64,000 bases of DNA from Chromera velia (lineage: Eukaryota), in the NCBI GenBank assembly GCA_018398765.1, contig JAHBMJ010000455.1:1-64000 (forward strand), read 5' to 3'. Shown here one piece after another: positions 9,955 to 21,190 of this stretch. A program made the position numbers and the translations under genes. The notes under the pieces are model-generated. The model saw only the letters and a program-made list of their open reading frames with translations, made no database searches and was not told the DNA's origin. How positions within the stretch are numbered: the stretch's first letter is position 1; every line of letters starts with the position of its first letter.

Positions 9955-11185
9955 TATCAAAATTACTAGCTAGATTACTAGACAAAATGATGCAATCAGC
10001 TAGCTTTCTAGCTAGCTTTAAAGCAAATCGATTGAAGCGATTATTAATTAATTTTTAAATAAATTTTAAGCTTAGGGGGGGGCAAAAGAAGGGGTCTGAG
10101 CAGGAGTCCGAGACCCACCATTCTCTTAAAGAATTTTCTTATCACATTTGTGAGTAATTGACAGACTGGTTCAAGTCTAGTTGACAGAATAGGAATGCCA
10201 AATTAGAAACTTGGAGTTCCAATTAATTTCTATAGTCCAAATTTTCTATTTTGAAACAATGTAGAAATTCATGGTCTTCTCTTTCTGAGGAACATAGCGT
10301 ACAAGCGGTATTTTTGCGTACAAACAAATTAATGTTAAACATTTTTAAACTCAAAGATTTTAAATTTGAACACCAATTAGCTTTACATAAACTATGATAA
10401 ACATTTAACCGAAAAAATGTATAATTAGAAATTTATATTTCTTGATCATTTCCAATGGGAAATCCAATTTTCCAATTGGTAATCACATACGTTCAAAAGT
10501 TTTGAATTTAAAATTTTTTAATTGGAATCCAATTGCCAATGTCGTGTTCCATGTGGAAGTAGCACTAAAAATACTTTTGTATTCTTAAACTTATGTTACG
10601 CCTTTTTGCAATTACCCACTCTGCAAACTTAAAATGCGCAAGCACTGATTGGAACTTGAAGAAACCGGTGAACCCCAAACAATCGAAAGAGGCGCGATGA
10701 TGCATTGCCTGAATTTCAGGCATTGTGTTGTCTCGGCTGCTCTCTGCATAGGCTTTCTGAGCATGAGAAGGAATGTGGATGTTGAACTGAGAATCGAAGA
10801 ACGGAAAATAGTGAAGTTCTTCTCTGGATTGGGCGATCGCGCTTGCAAGAAATCTCTTTTGTGCTTCTGTTCCATCTGGAGAAGCGAAACGTGGAAGGAG
10901 GGGTGGGGGTCGGGAAAGTCGTTCTTGTACGGTGCGTGAGTTCCCTTTTGTCCTCTGCGTTTTCCGTGCAGCTCCTCTCTTCTTTTTTCATTTTCGTTGA
11001 ACGCAAATCCATTGCTCAAAATTACCTGCCCTGATTCTTTTCTTGTACCAGAGACTCAACGAATTGCTTTTTTTTCTGAGACTCTTTGTCGCCGCTTTCT
11101 TTATCAACGCTAGTATCAATGGACTGTGCAAACTTGTGTGCTTCTTTTTCAGATCAATTTTGATTCCGAAGGCGTGCCTTTTTGC

Positions 11186-12161
11186 TTACAGCTTCGAGCC
11201 TCTCAGAGAGGAATGCACCTCGACAAATTTTGTCCCCCCGGTGTCTCCTGGTTGCTGTTTGGAATCGGGTCGGGGAACCTCAATGGAGTCTCCTTGTTTT
11301 GCAAAGACAATCTTGAAGAGCATTGCCACGATGTGACCGCCGTCCCCCCCATAAACTTGACTTAGAACCTGTTCCTTGATCAGGCTGTCGGTGTCAAGAA
11401 GACCGAAGGCGTGACGCACGTCCCTGGCAGTTCCTGAGACTGGCTTTCTGTGGCCAATAATAATCTCAAGGGGGGGTGCGGTGCCTGCCCCTACAGCCAT
11501 GACCCATTCATTACAGCTAGTCTGAATCGTCACCAGGAAGGTTCGTAAGAGTTTTGGAGTCAGGTGGTTGAACAGCATCCCCGCTGAGTTGTCGTAGGAG
11601 ACTTCTGTGAAGATGCCTTTCAGTTTGCCGGCCACGAGATGATTCAGGCACACGTCCTTAAAGATGGCCCTCATGTTTTTCTGCCAGTTTGCGACTTGTG
11701 AAATGTCATTGTTTACAGGCCCGTGGTCGCCCTGCAAAGAGAACAAAACAAAAAGAACAAAACCAGTAAGGGTCACAGAGAGGGAAAGCCACGTGGCGGC
11801 TTGACTGGCGGGAAATTGTCTCTCTCTACGGGCCGGGCGCCAGGAGGATAAACAGACCCAAGCACCGAAGAGGATGTCTCCTGAATGGTGTGAAAATTCA
11901 TGTGGTCTTCTTTCTCTCTCTTGTGTCCGTTTCTCTCTCTCTCTTTCTCTCTTTCTCCTTCCTTCCTCCCTTCCCTCCTTCCTCACTTCTTTCTCTGCAT
12001 CTCTCTTTCGCTGACTCTCTTTCTCTTCCCTTCTCCCATGTCTGCACATACATAAACATGTATGTAAATACACGAACATACATATCTTCTCGCCCCCCCC
12101 CGCTCGCTCCTTCCCCCTGTATCACTCCGTGTAATTCTTCCTTTCTCGATGTCTCCCTTGG

Positions 12162-12195
<34 letters not shown>

Positions 12196-13381
12196 CGCTG
12201 TATGCACCTGTGGATTCGATCTGAAAGAAGCGCAACAAACAAAACCTACAGCTAGACAGGCCCATGCACAAGTCTGACAAACACAAGACAGACAAGAAGA
12301 CCCGTCACAAACAAAAGGAAAAGAAAGGAAAGAAAGAATTTAAGGAGAAGGCACGACTGAATCCAAGAGGGTAACAAACTGATTCGGAAGGCTGCATGGC
12401 CACAGCTAGGCGCAACGTACGCGGCATGATTGTTTGGATGGGTGGAAACAAAACATGTGTGAGAGCGTCATGCAGTCTACTGACGAAGTACAACAGTTCT
12501 TCTGTCTCCCCCCCCGCCTGCGCAGGCACGGAGCCGATCAAAACAGCGCTGCTCCCCTCCCGCACCCCCCCGACGAAATGCTCCAACGAGTAGGACGCCA
12601 GTACTTTCATCCCTGTCCCGGGAATCTCTTCCAGCTCTGCCCCTGCTTCTGCTGCTGGGATGTTGAGAGTTGCGCTGGGTTTCAAAGGGCTGACTGCCTT
12701 GTTATCTAGAGGAGTGTACTTACGCGCATCTGATGGGGCTGCGCCTTTGTAACAGTGTTCTGTGGAGTCGTCCTGATCCGGCAAACATCTGTCCTGGGTG
12801 AGCTCGTAGTACTTCATTTGTGACTTGACATCTTTGCTTTTCTTTCGATCTGCCATCATTTTCCAGATCACACCGCCGTAGGTGAGGTCGGGGAAGATGA
12901 TATTGTTGAATACGGACTTTTGCATGTGGTCTATGACCAGAGACCTTCCGAAGACTGGAAGGTTTCGCATCTCAAAGTTTGGACATGTCATGGCGAGACC
13001 TGCGACGTGATCCAGGGGGGCATGAGAGATGAACACCCCAGCTAGTTTGTCCCTCAGAGCTGTATAGGCCGCCTCGAGAACGTTCGGTCTGGCTGTGCCT
13101 GCGGGCACCATGCTCATGAGTGTGGCGCAGGGCTCCTTCACTTTTGTGCCTGCGGCCATGCAGGCGTGGAGCCCGTTAAGTAGCTCCCCGGCATCGAGGG
13201 CGAGGAACTTAAAGTTTGGACTCAGGGCAGATCCCTCGGGCACGTGCGTGACGAGATAACCGCTCGTCTTTCCCGTCACGATCCCACCGAACTCCCCCCC
13301 CACAACCACAAGGAACTTCCCAGACACAAAATGGAGATGCGAAAGGGCCAACAGCCCGGCACACGCCCACTTGCCGAGCAT
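11186..13381 (-). CDS. Class II (metallo-beta-lactamase fold) cyclic nucleotide phosphodiesterase with signal peptide (~480 aa); 2 exons
   Basis: Exons 13381-12485 and 11731-11186; intron GTCAGT..TGCAG, phase 0, reconstituting LLYFGDHGP. Motifs GGI..SGYLV, LALDAG, FISHAPLDHVAGL, VFNNIIFPDL, LKGIFTEVSY, LFNHLTPKLL, IIIGHRKP, FAKQGDSIEV match the CpdP/PdsA/Pde1 family pattern. N-terminus MLGKWACAGLLALSHLHFVSG is hydrophobic. Confidence 0.88.
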
Positions 13382-14560
13382 GTCTTTGGGGAGCTAGACT
13401 GGGAGGGTCCTAAATATATACTGCTCTCTATTGTCAATTGTGTACGCAAGAATTGTCCATTCATGCAACGGCCAATTTGTCTCTGCTTCTAATGCACTGT
13501 GTTTGCACTGCGGATTGATAGGAGGGGAGGGTTCCAGCGAAACAAGAACGCAACGACTGTCAAAATGAAAGGCACTGCATACAATGAGATGGCCGGGGTG
13601 ACAATTTAAGGAAAAGTATATATAAGAAGACATGCAATTATAATTAATGTATTCTGATCTGCATACATGCGCGGTCATTAGGTAATCTCAATCATAAATG
13701 CATGGACATCGTAGGGACTTTCTATAGAGAAAAAAACAATAAATCTCTAAAAAAATAGATGGAAATCAGCCACACAAATATAAATTTTATTTTAAATAGA
13801 GAACTTGGTAATAACCCACAAAAAGTATAAAAACACTCAAATGTCTGTTATTTTCTAAATTCAGTCTCCGCACGAGCTTCTGCACGGGCAGCGCACTGAC
13901 CATCCTGCAGGCACCTGACGTTTCTAGGGTCTCTTTGGCAGATGTCACATGTATTGCGAGGCCGTCTAACGCCTCTACGGAGAGGCAAAAGGGGAAGAGC
14001 AACCGAACAACTTCTTGCACCGCCACACTCTTTCACACACCCCCCACAACGAAAACAGCGGCCACACACGTGCACCCACAACAGGGGCAATCCATAGAGC
14101 CATATTCCGTCCTCATCGACTATCCGAGTCTTCCACTCAGGCCCGTAGGTAAAAACGAGACCTCTCATGATCTCTTCTTCTAGCTTCTCCATCTCCCCCC
14201 TTCCTATGAATACGCCCCGCAATTAGATTATCTTAAAAGGACGGGTCTATTTCATAATCTACCCTCTCGCAAATTCTATTGCATAAAGAGCTCCTGTGAA
14301 ATCAGCCTCCACTCATGCTGTCTAAACCTGCCTGGGGCGCCTGGGGTACCCCAGGCACGCCGCAGGCGGTCCGCCAGGGCCGCCTGGGACAACCCCAGGT
14401 AGTTTTTCCTAAGTTTATATAGAGCTGCTTGGGGCGAAGCCCCAGGCAGTTGTTGAGAGTTGCCTGGGGCAAAGGTCGGTACCTTTGGCACCGACCTTGT
14501 CGTCACGAACCACAGTGTACATGCCCAACTGGGTTTGTACGAGGGACGCGCCGACACAAC

Positions 14561-15203
14561 TAAGAAACTGAACAGAGAACCATCGGTTATTGTGAGAGCA
14601 GATCGACCGTAATGAGTTAGGAGTTGAATTGGGCGTCGAATTGGTAGTACTACCAATTTTTTACCGCCAGTAACTCCTAATTTTAAAAAATTGGTACCTA
14701 GTCTAGTGAAAGAAGTACATGGAGTTTGAAGCTAAAATTTTATGTACGGGCTAGACAGGGGCTCACTAGTCTCTAGCCGCAGTCATTAGACTCTAATTCA
14801 TTACTAGGAACAAATTTTATAAACACTTAGAGTCACCTAAGAATTGGGAGTTACCAATTTTTTTCTAGGACTAACTACCAATTTTCAAGAAAATCCTAGA
14901 AAAAAATTGGTAACTCCCAATTTTTAGGTGACTCTAAGTGTTTATAGAATTTGTTTCTAGTAATGAATTAGAGTCTAATGACTGCGGTTAGAGACTAGTG
15001 AGCCCCTGTCTAGCCCGTACACAAAATTTTAGCTTCAAACTCCATGTACTTCTTTCACTAGACTAGGTACCAATTTTTCAAAATTGGGAGTTACTGGCGG
15101 TAAAAAATTGGTAGTACTACCAATTCGACGCCCAATTTAACTCCCAACTCATTACGGTCGATCTGCTTTCACAGTAACCGATGGCTCTCTGTTCAGTTTC
15201 TTA
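14561..15203. mobile_element. Foldback element / long inverted repeat (310-bp arms, 23-bp spacer)
   Basis: Arm 14561-14870 is the reverse complement of arm 14894-15203 with 12 substitutions and no indels. TA at both outer ends. Internal 20-bp palindrome AATTGGTAGTACTACCAATT. Confidence 0.9.
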
Positions 15204-15636
15204 TATCTGCTCTCATTTGACCCTTAAGACGAAAGCAGTGCTCTGTCTGTTGAATGTAGCGACCACAAACTCTGTGGACATGATTCTTGTATTCGGTATG
15301 TTAATGACTTCATGCATAAACTTTCTTCATGTGCCAAATGGCTGGATGAAAAAGAATTCCTGCACTGCCTGGTTGAGCTAGAATCCATTAATTCAAATGA
15401 TTGTAACTGTCCACTCCGCGGTACAAGTATATCTGAACTCTTCATCCGTAATGTCATTCGATCACTTCTATGCTCGCATCCGGTCTGTTTCTTTGGTGTC
15501 TGTCTCCCTATTCTAGAAAGTGATTAACTGATCAACTCCACCGGTGACTTAACAAACAATAACCATGCATGTATGTGTCACCCGGGAGCTTAGCGCTCCA
15601 ACTGGGGTTAGGCATCCTCTAACTAACTAACTAACT
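15204..15636 (+). mobile_element. Possible 3' remnant of a non-LTR retrotransposon
   Basis: Short Cys-containing ORF remnant ending at 15527, then a GC-rich 3' segment and a (CTAA)4 tail at 15619-15634. No diagnostic protein motif. Confidence 0.3.
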
Positions 15637-17047
15637 GGAATAATTTGAAATCCAATTGATTTTCTAATTGAAAATGTACGTGCTTTACAGTTACTTTAAA
15701 CTAAAAAATTGAATTCCCAATTATCATAATTGCTGGAAATTGCAAACTGGACATTAGAAAGTGAAACTAGAAGTAAAATTCATAATTAGGCATTCAAATC
15801 CTTTAAATTACTTAGAAATACACTAGGAAATGCAAGACAGCATGCAGAATGCCTAGCAATTTATATGTATAAAAAGCTTTAAATTTATTTCAATATCCGA
15901 GTCTTGCATGTGGTCCATGCTGTGGATTGCAATTTACATTACTAATACGCCTGGGAGTCAGGTTTTCTCATGCTTGAAATCGAACGGAATTGATCATTAC
16001 TCGTGTGAAACGATAAGAACTGAACTAAACTGATCTGAACGGACCTCGCTGAATTGTTCGAGGTGCAAGCCGAGCATGCACACATGCACGGACACGCGTC
16101 ACGTTTGCATGAATGAACTCTGCGGGAAGGAGAAAAGGGAGGGCACGGCCTCATCTATCCGCTTGCCGGTTGATTACTGTTCGAAGGCACCCCTCCTATC
16201 CATCTGCTCGATCGTGCAATTGCGCAATTAAACAGGAACGGGAAGCGAAATTAATGACATTGAGACGAATTGCGTCTAGGTGCATGGTAGAAGAGTCGTC
16301 GGGGTTCGAAGAAACATGGGAAAAGACATACGGTAGAAAATGCGTACAGACGGAATGAAAATTTTGGGGAGTTTAAACTGTATCAGTGCTTGCAAGAACG
16401 AACTGACGGAAGAACGAACAAACACTCCACTACACCGGCGCAAGCAAAAAGAAAGAAGAGCGGGATGCACTCTGTCTAACTCTCTCACGCATGATTCTTA
16501 TTGTTACTATTATGAATTGTTCACCATTCATGCAGGAATCCCTCTCACTCCCTCAACATGAACACAGACATGTGTCGATCCACTGTCCCCAATCAATGCA
16601 TCGATCGTTTCTTAATTTCGCTTTCCTGCATCATCATGTTACCTTTCCTGCAAGGTTCCCACCCGCACGTTGATTCTCTCTTGTCCGCCTTTCCTTTGCG
16701 TGTCGATCGCTTCAACGTTCTCTTGCCCGTTCTTGTGGCTTCCTTTCTGGATGGGGTCTTGTCTTTTGGCGGCAGAAAACCCGACTCATTTCCTCTTTAA
16801 TTCGACCTCTGGTGATTCCTCAGCGCACTCTTTCTCTTTCCTTCTTTCCTTCAGGCTAGGAAGCCAGACGAGAACAGAGCGGTTCTTTCTTTTATCGATA
16901 CAAAGAGTGGACAGGGGAGAAAGAGAAGAGAAGAGAAGAAAGGGGTGCGATTTCAATCAATCAGGGCTTCAACCGAAAATCGATCGATTGATCGACCGAT
17001 CACCACTTGAAGCCGGAAGCTCTCTTTCTTTCGTCTGCTCCCCTGGC

Positions 17048-17081
<34 letters not shown>

Positions 17082-17420
17082 TCTGTCTGTCTCTGTGTCC
17101 TTGTGGGAAAGCAAGAAGAGCTCAGGAGCGCATCCGTTGGAAGGATGGGTCAAGTTTTTCCTGGATCGATCCAAGCAAGAGACAATGAATGAGAGTGCGA
17201 AGGGATCAATCAATGAGGGCTTTCTCTCTCTGCCTGAATCCTCTCTGTCGCCCCGTGGTTTTCTTTTTTGTCGACCCACCCGCATCGTTGGCACTCTCTC
17301 TCCCTTTTTCTCCGCACGCTGATTCGTTCGCAGTGCTTTGCTTCCTTTCCTTTCTCGTCTTATCACGGAATGCACGAAAAGGGGACCAGACTGGCTCTTG
17401 TCACACACACACACACAGTG

Positions 17421-17457
<37 letters not shown>

Positions 17458-20314
17458 GCATATGAGGGATCGTGAAGGCATTCACGTCGACGGGGCAAAT
17501 GAAGAAGCAACACACCGCATACCCTTTCCACCCCCCGCCCCCTCCCGGAGGCACAGGAAGCAAAGAACCAAACTGTCAAGACAAAAGCATCCTCAATGAG
17601 GAAAGGAGTGAGTGAGAAGGATGGAAGGAGGGAGGGAAGCAATGGACGGGCAGTAGGGTAGAGGAAAGAGGGAAAGGAGGTGGGGGAATGCCGAACAAAG
17701 GCGAAAGAAACACGGAGGTACCTCATTCAGTCATTTCAAGAGTACACACACACACACCCACCCACACACACACACACAGCATCCAAGGCGGTCTGAAAAA
17801 AGAAAAGGATCGCCGCAGCAGCAGCATCATGCATTGAGACACTGAGTGCATTCGCACCCATGCAAGTAAAGGACAGCTAAGGAGACTTATCGATCGTCCG
17901 ATCGATCGGCGACGCTGGAATGAATGGAGGAAAGAGTGCGTACACGGTGACAGAACGGAAGGGAACAAAAGACAGCGAGCGTTAAACGAACAAAACATTA
18001 TATCATCTCACAACACAAATGCGCATCCCCCCACGTTTGATTTGAAAAAAGTTTTTGTTCTCCTGAGAGGATTCAACCAGTCTGTCACCCATGCACTCTT
18101 TCAAATAGATTCCGACGGTGCCGCATGAATGCCAGGAGCTAGGCCCTCTCTCTCTGAGAACACACAGCTCTTCTATTCTCTTCTGCCTCTGCGTGCACCC
18201 AAATCCCCTCCCCCCCTTAGTGCTGCACACACGAGCGCTTCCCCCTTTCACAGAGTGAGTGAGTGAGTGAGCAGACAGTTGCACGCGCACCAACCACAGC
18301 ATCACAACAAACAATCAAACAAACAAGCCACCACTTGAATCCCCCATTCCAGCTGAATCACAAAGGGATCACAAACAGACGGGTGGACGAGGAAATGGAG
18401 GAAAGAAGAGAACAAGAAAGAGACCAACAAACAAACAGACAAAGAAACAAACAAAGATTAAAGAAAACATACTGGAATCTCGTCAACCACAATATGCACA
18501 CGGAAGACGAGATATGCCCAACAAGAGCCGACTAGAGAAGAGAAGAAAAGAAAAGAGAGGAGAGCAGAAAGCCTGACTTACTCGGGTCAGTCTGTTCTCT
18601 CCCCTCCTCTCCTGTCCCTTTGCCTCTTTCCCCTCCTTCCTTCCACCCTTTCTGAAGGGACGCAAGTAAAAAAGCTCGAAAGCATTAGTTAGTTAGTTAG
18701 TTATTGATCCCCCCCGTGCTTGCTCTAGCTTGCCGACTCGGCCGCTTGGCTCGCCGTGGGGAGGATTTGAAAAATGTTTGCCTGCATGCCTGCTCGAACG
18801 AATCAAGTCAAATGAACATTCTGCGCGACGGGGACGCACAGATCCTTCCCTCCTCCCTTTCTCCGCGAATCCTGCCTCAATCTGCTGATCTACTTATAAA
18901 GTTCTTCTGGTAGATAAAGTCGATTCATTCATTTGTTCATTCATTCGCGTCGATTTCCAGTGAGACCGTCATGTGAACCCGTCTCTCCTCCCCTTCCTTT
19001 CCTGTTCGCCTTTCTCCTATGCAACACTGCCCGTCTGTCGGCCAGTTTATCCAGTTCCAAACCTCTCCTCTAATCTGCATCCATCCCAACGACCCGTGGG
19101 CTCGCACACCCATCCACCCAACCTGCCAGCCGGATAGGCAGGCAGCCATAACGCACCCACCCAGGCATGCATGAATGCACGCAAGCAGGAAAACGACCAG
19201 ATATGAATAAATCGATAGAGAACAAGCGCGTCCTTCCGTGCATGGCCGAGATCGGCGCCTCATGCACCTACTGACTGACGCACGCATAATATAACATCGA
19301 CATGATTGATTCATCTATCCCTCCCTCCCTCCCTTCCTTCCTTCCTGTCGGGTCGATCGAGCATCGAGGCAGTCAGTCAGTCAACCAGTCAGGCAGGCAG
19401 TCGGTCAGTCGGTCGGTCAATCAGCTTGGTTACTCATTTGTTGGCATCTTTTGTGGCGATACGATCGACACAGAGGAATGAAGCGAGAGAAAGAGAAAAA
19501 GACAGACAGAATACAAAACGACCCAGAGAGAGAATTGCAGACAGACGGACTTGCTAAGAGACAGGCAGAAAAGGGAATAGAGGGGACATCCTTTTGTCTT
19601 TTACGGTTTCCCTTCTTTTCTTTCCTTTTCCAACCCTTTCGATTGTTGAAGATCTTGACTTGAAAACACGCAGGCATTCGAATCAATTTTAATTGCTGAA
19701 TTTTTCTTTTTTTTTCGCTCTTCATGAATTCTCTCTTAAAGCATCTATATACATATAAATCTTCTCTCTCTTCGCCCTCCTCTTGGCCATCAATGCATTG
19801 AAACATGAATGAAACCAATCATCCACCAAGCCATCGTTCCTCTGCATGACATGAGCTAACCTGCCTGCCTGCCTGCCATGCACACTGCATAGCTTCAGCA
19901 ACGCACTGGAGGGGCGAGGCAAGCAAAGGGCATGAACTGAAAGGCATACATGGGCCGATCGGTCGGTACTTTGCTTGCACGGTGCATCATGCAATTGTTG
20001 CTTGCATGTTTCAATGCTTCCGTCGTCTTTTTCTCTCTCGAGATCCTTTACTTAATTTATCAATTTATCGAATTACTCACCCACCCACTCGGTCACTCAT
20101 TCATTTGTGCAATTTAGACATGCACTCACCGATTGAGAGAGCAATGCACGCATTCATCTTTTCCCCCGGTCATCTCCTGATTGATTTTTTGTTTTCGTCC
20201 GCCCACCCACCCACCCACCCACCCACCGTCCGTCCCATGCACCCGTCTGTCTTTTCGCCCTTCCACCCATTCATCCTCTCGCTTGCTTCTCCAATTTTCG
20301 CTCCCCCCCCCCCC

Positions 20315-20325
20315 NNNNNNNNNNN
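20315..20325. other. Assembly gap (11 N) after a poly-C run
   Basis: Ns in the sequence. Confidence 0.99.
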
Positions 20326-21154
20326 ACGATGAATGATGAATGATGCTTCATCCAGCATGCGCGAATGATCGGCAGTCCTCTCTTCGGTTTGTCTGTCCAG
20401 TCTTTCTCTTCGTCTTTCTGCACCCTTCTATTCAAACGAACAAAGCGCTCAAGCAAGGAAGCACATTCATCTGCCCATCAATCATTCTGCATGCCTGCAA
20501 ACCTCCCTCCCTCGCTTTTTTTGGCCAACAGGAAGGAAAGAACAAAGAATGAACGCATGAATGAACGAAAGGGAACGGTACATTCCCCCCCTACCCTTTT
20601 CTTCTCGTTCGTTTTCTGCTCTCTCTTTCTCTCTACTTCTTCTTCTTCTTCTTCTTCTTCTTCCACCCAGCTCTCTGTCTCTTTCTCTCTTTCTATCGCA
20701 TGTTCAGTTCCCCCCCCACTTTTTTCCTTTCTGTCTGTCTTTCTTCTTGACTCCTCCTCTGACTGCCTGACAGAGAGAAGAGAAGAAGCCATTCACTTTT
20801 CTGTCTTTATTCTAGGCTCATCCTCGACTAACTGACAGAGAGAACGTGCCATTCACTGAACGCGCCAAGGAAGAGCCGATGCAGAGGGCGGAAAGACAGG
20901 AAGGAAGGAAGGAAGGAAGGTGGATAGAGGGAGGGAGGGAAGGAGGGCCGGGGAAGGAACAGACGGTCGCGCACGGCGAGAGAAAGCGACCCTCAATTCT
21001 CTTCCCTTCGACACCCCCTGTCTCTTTCTGTATGTCATTTTGATCCGATCCAGCAGAGAGTCCTGCCATCCTTCCTACATTATTATTAGTATCATCAGTC
21101 AGTCCAATTTGAAAACGAAGGTCACGCGTTCCGAAACACATCATTTTCCTTTTC

Positions 21155-21190
<36 letters not shown>

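Noticed and set aside
10190..10552. Degenerate inverted similarity (TTGGA-TTCCAATT motifs), similar to 15640-15730
   Set aside because: Too diverged and AT-rich to define TIRs or a TSD by eye.
13787..14222. Minus-strand ORF pieces with CxxCxxCxxC
   Set aside because: Short, apparently frameshifted and embedded in a repeat island. Possibly TE debris, but no family can be assigned.
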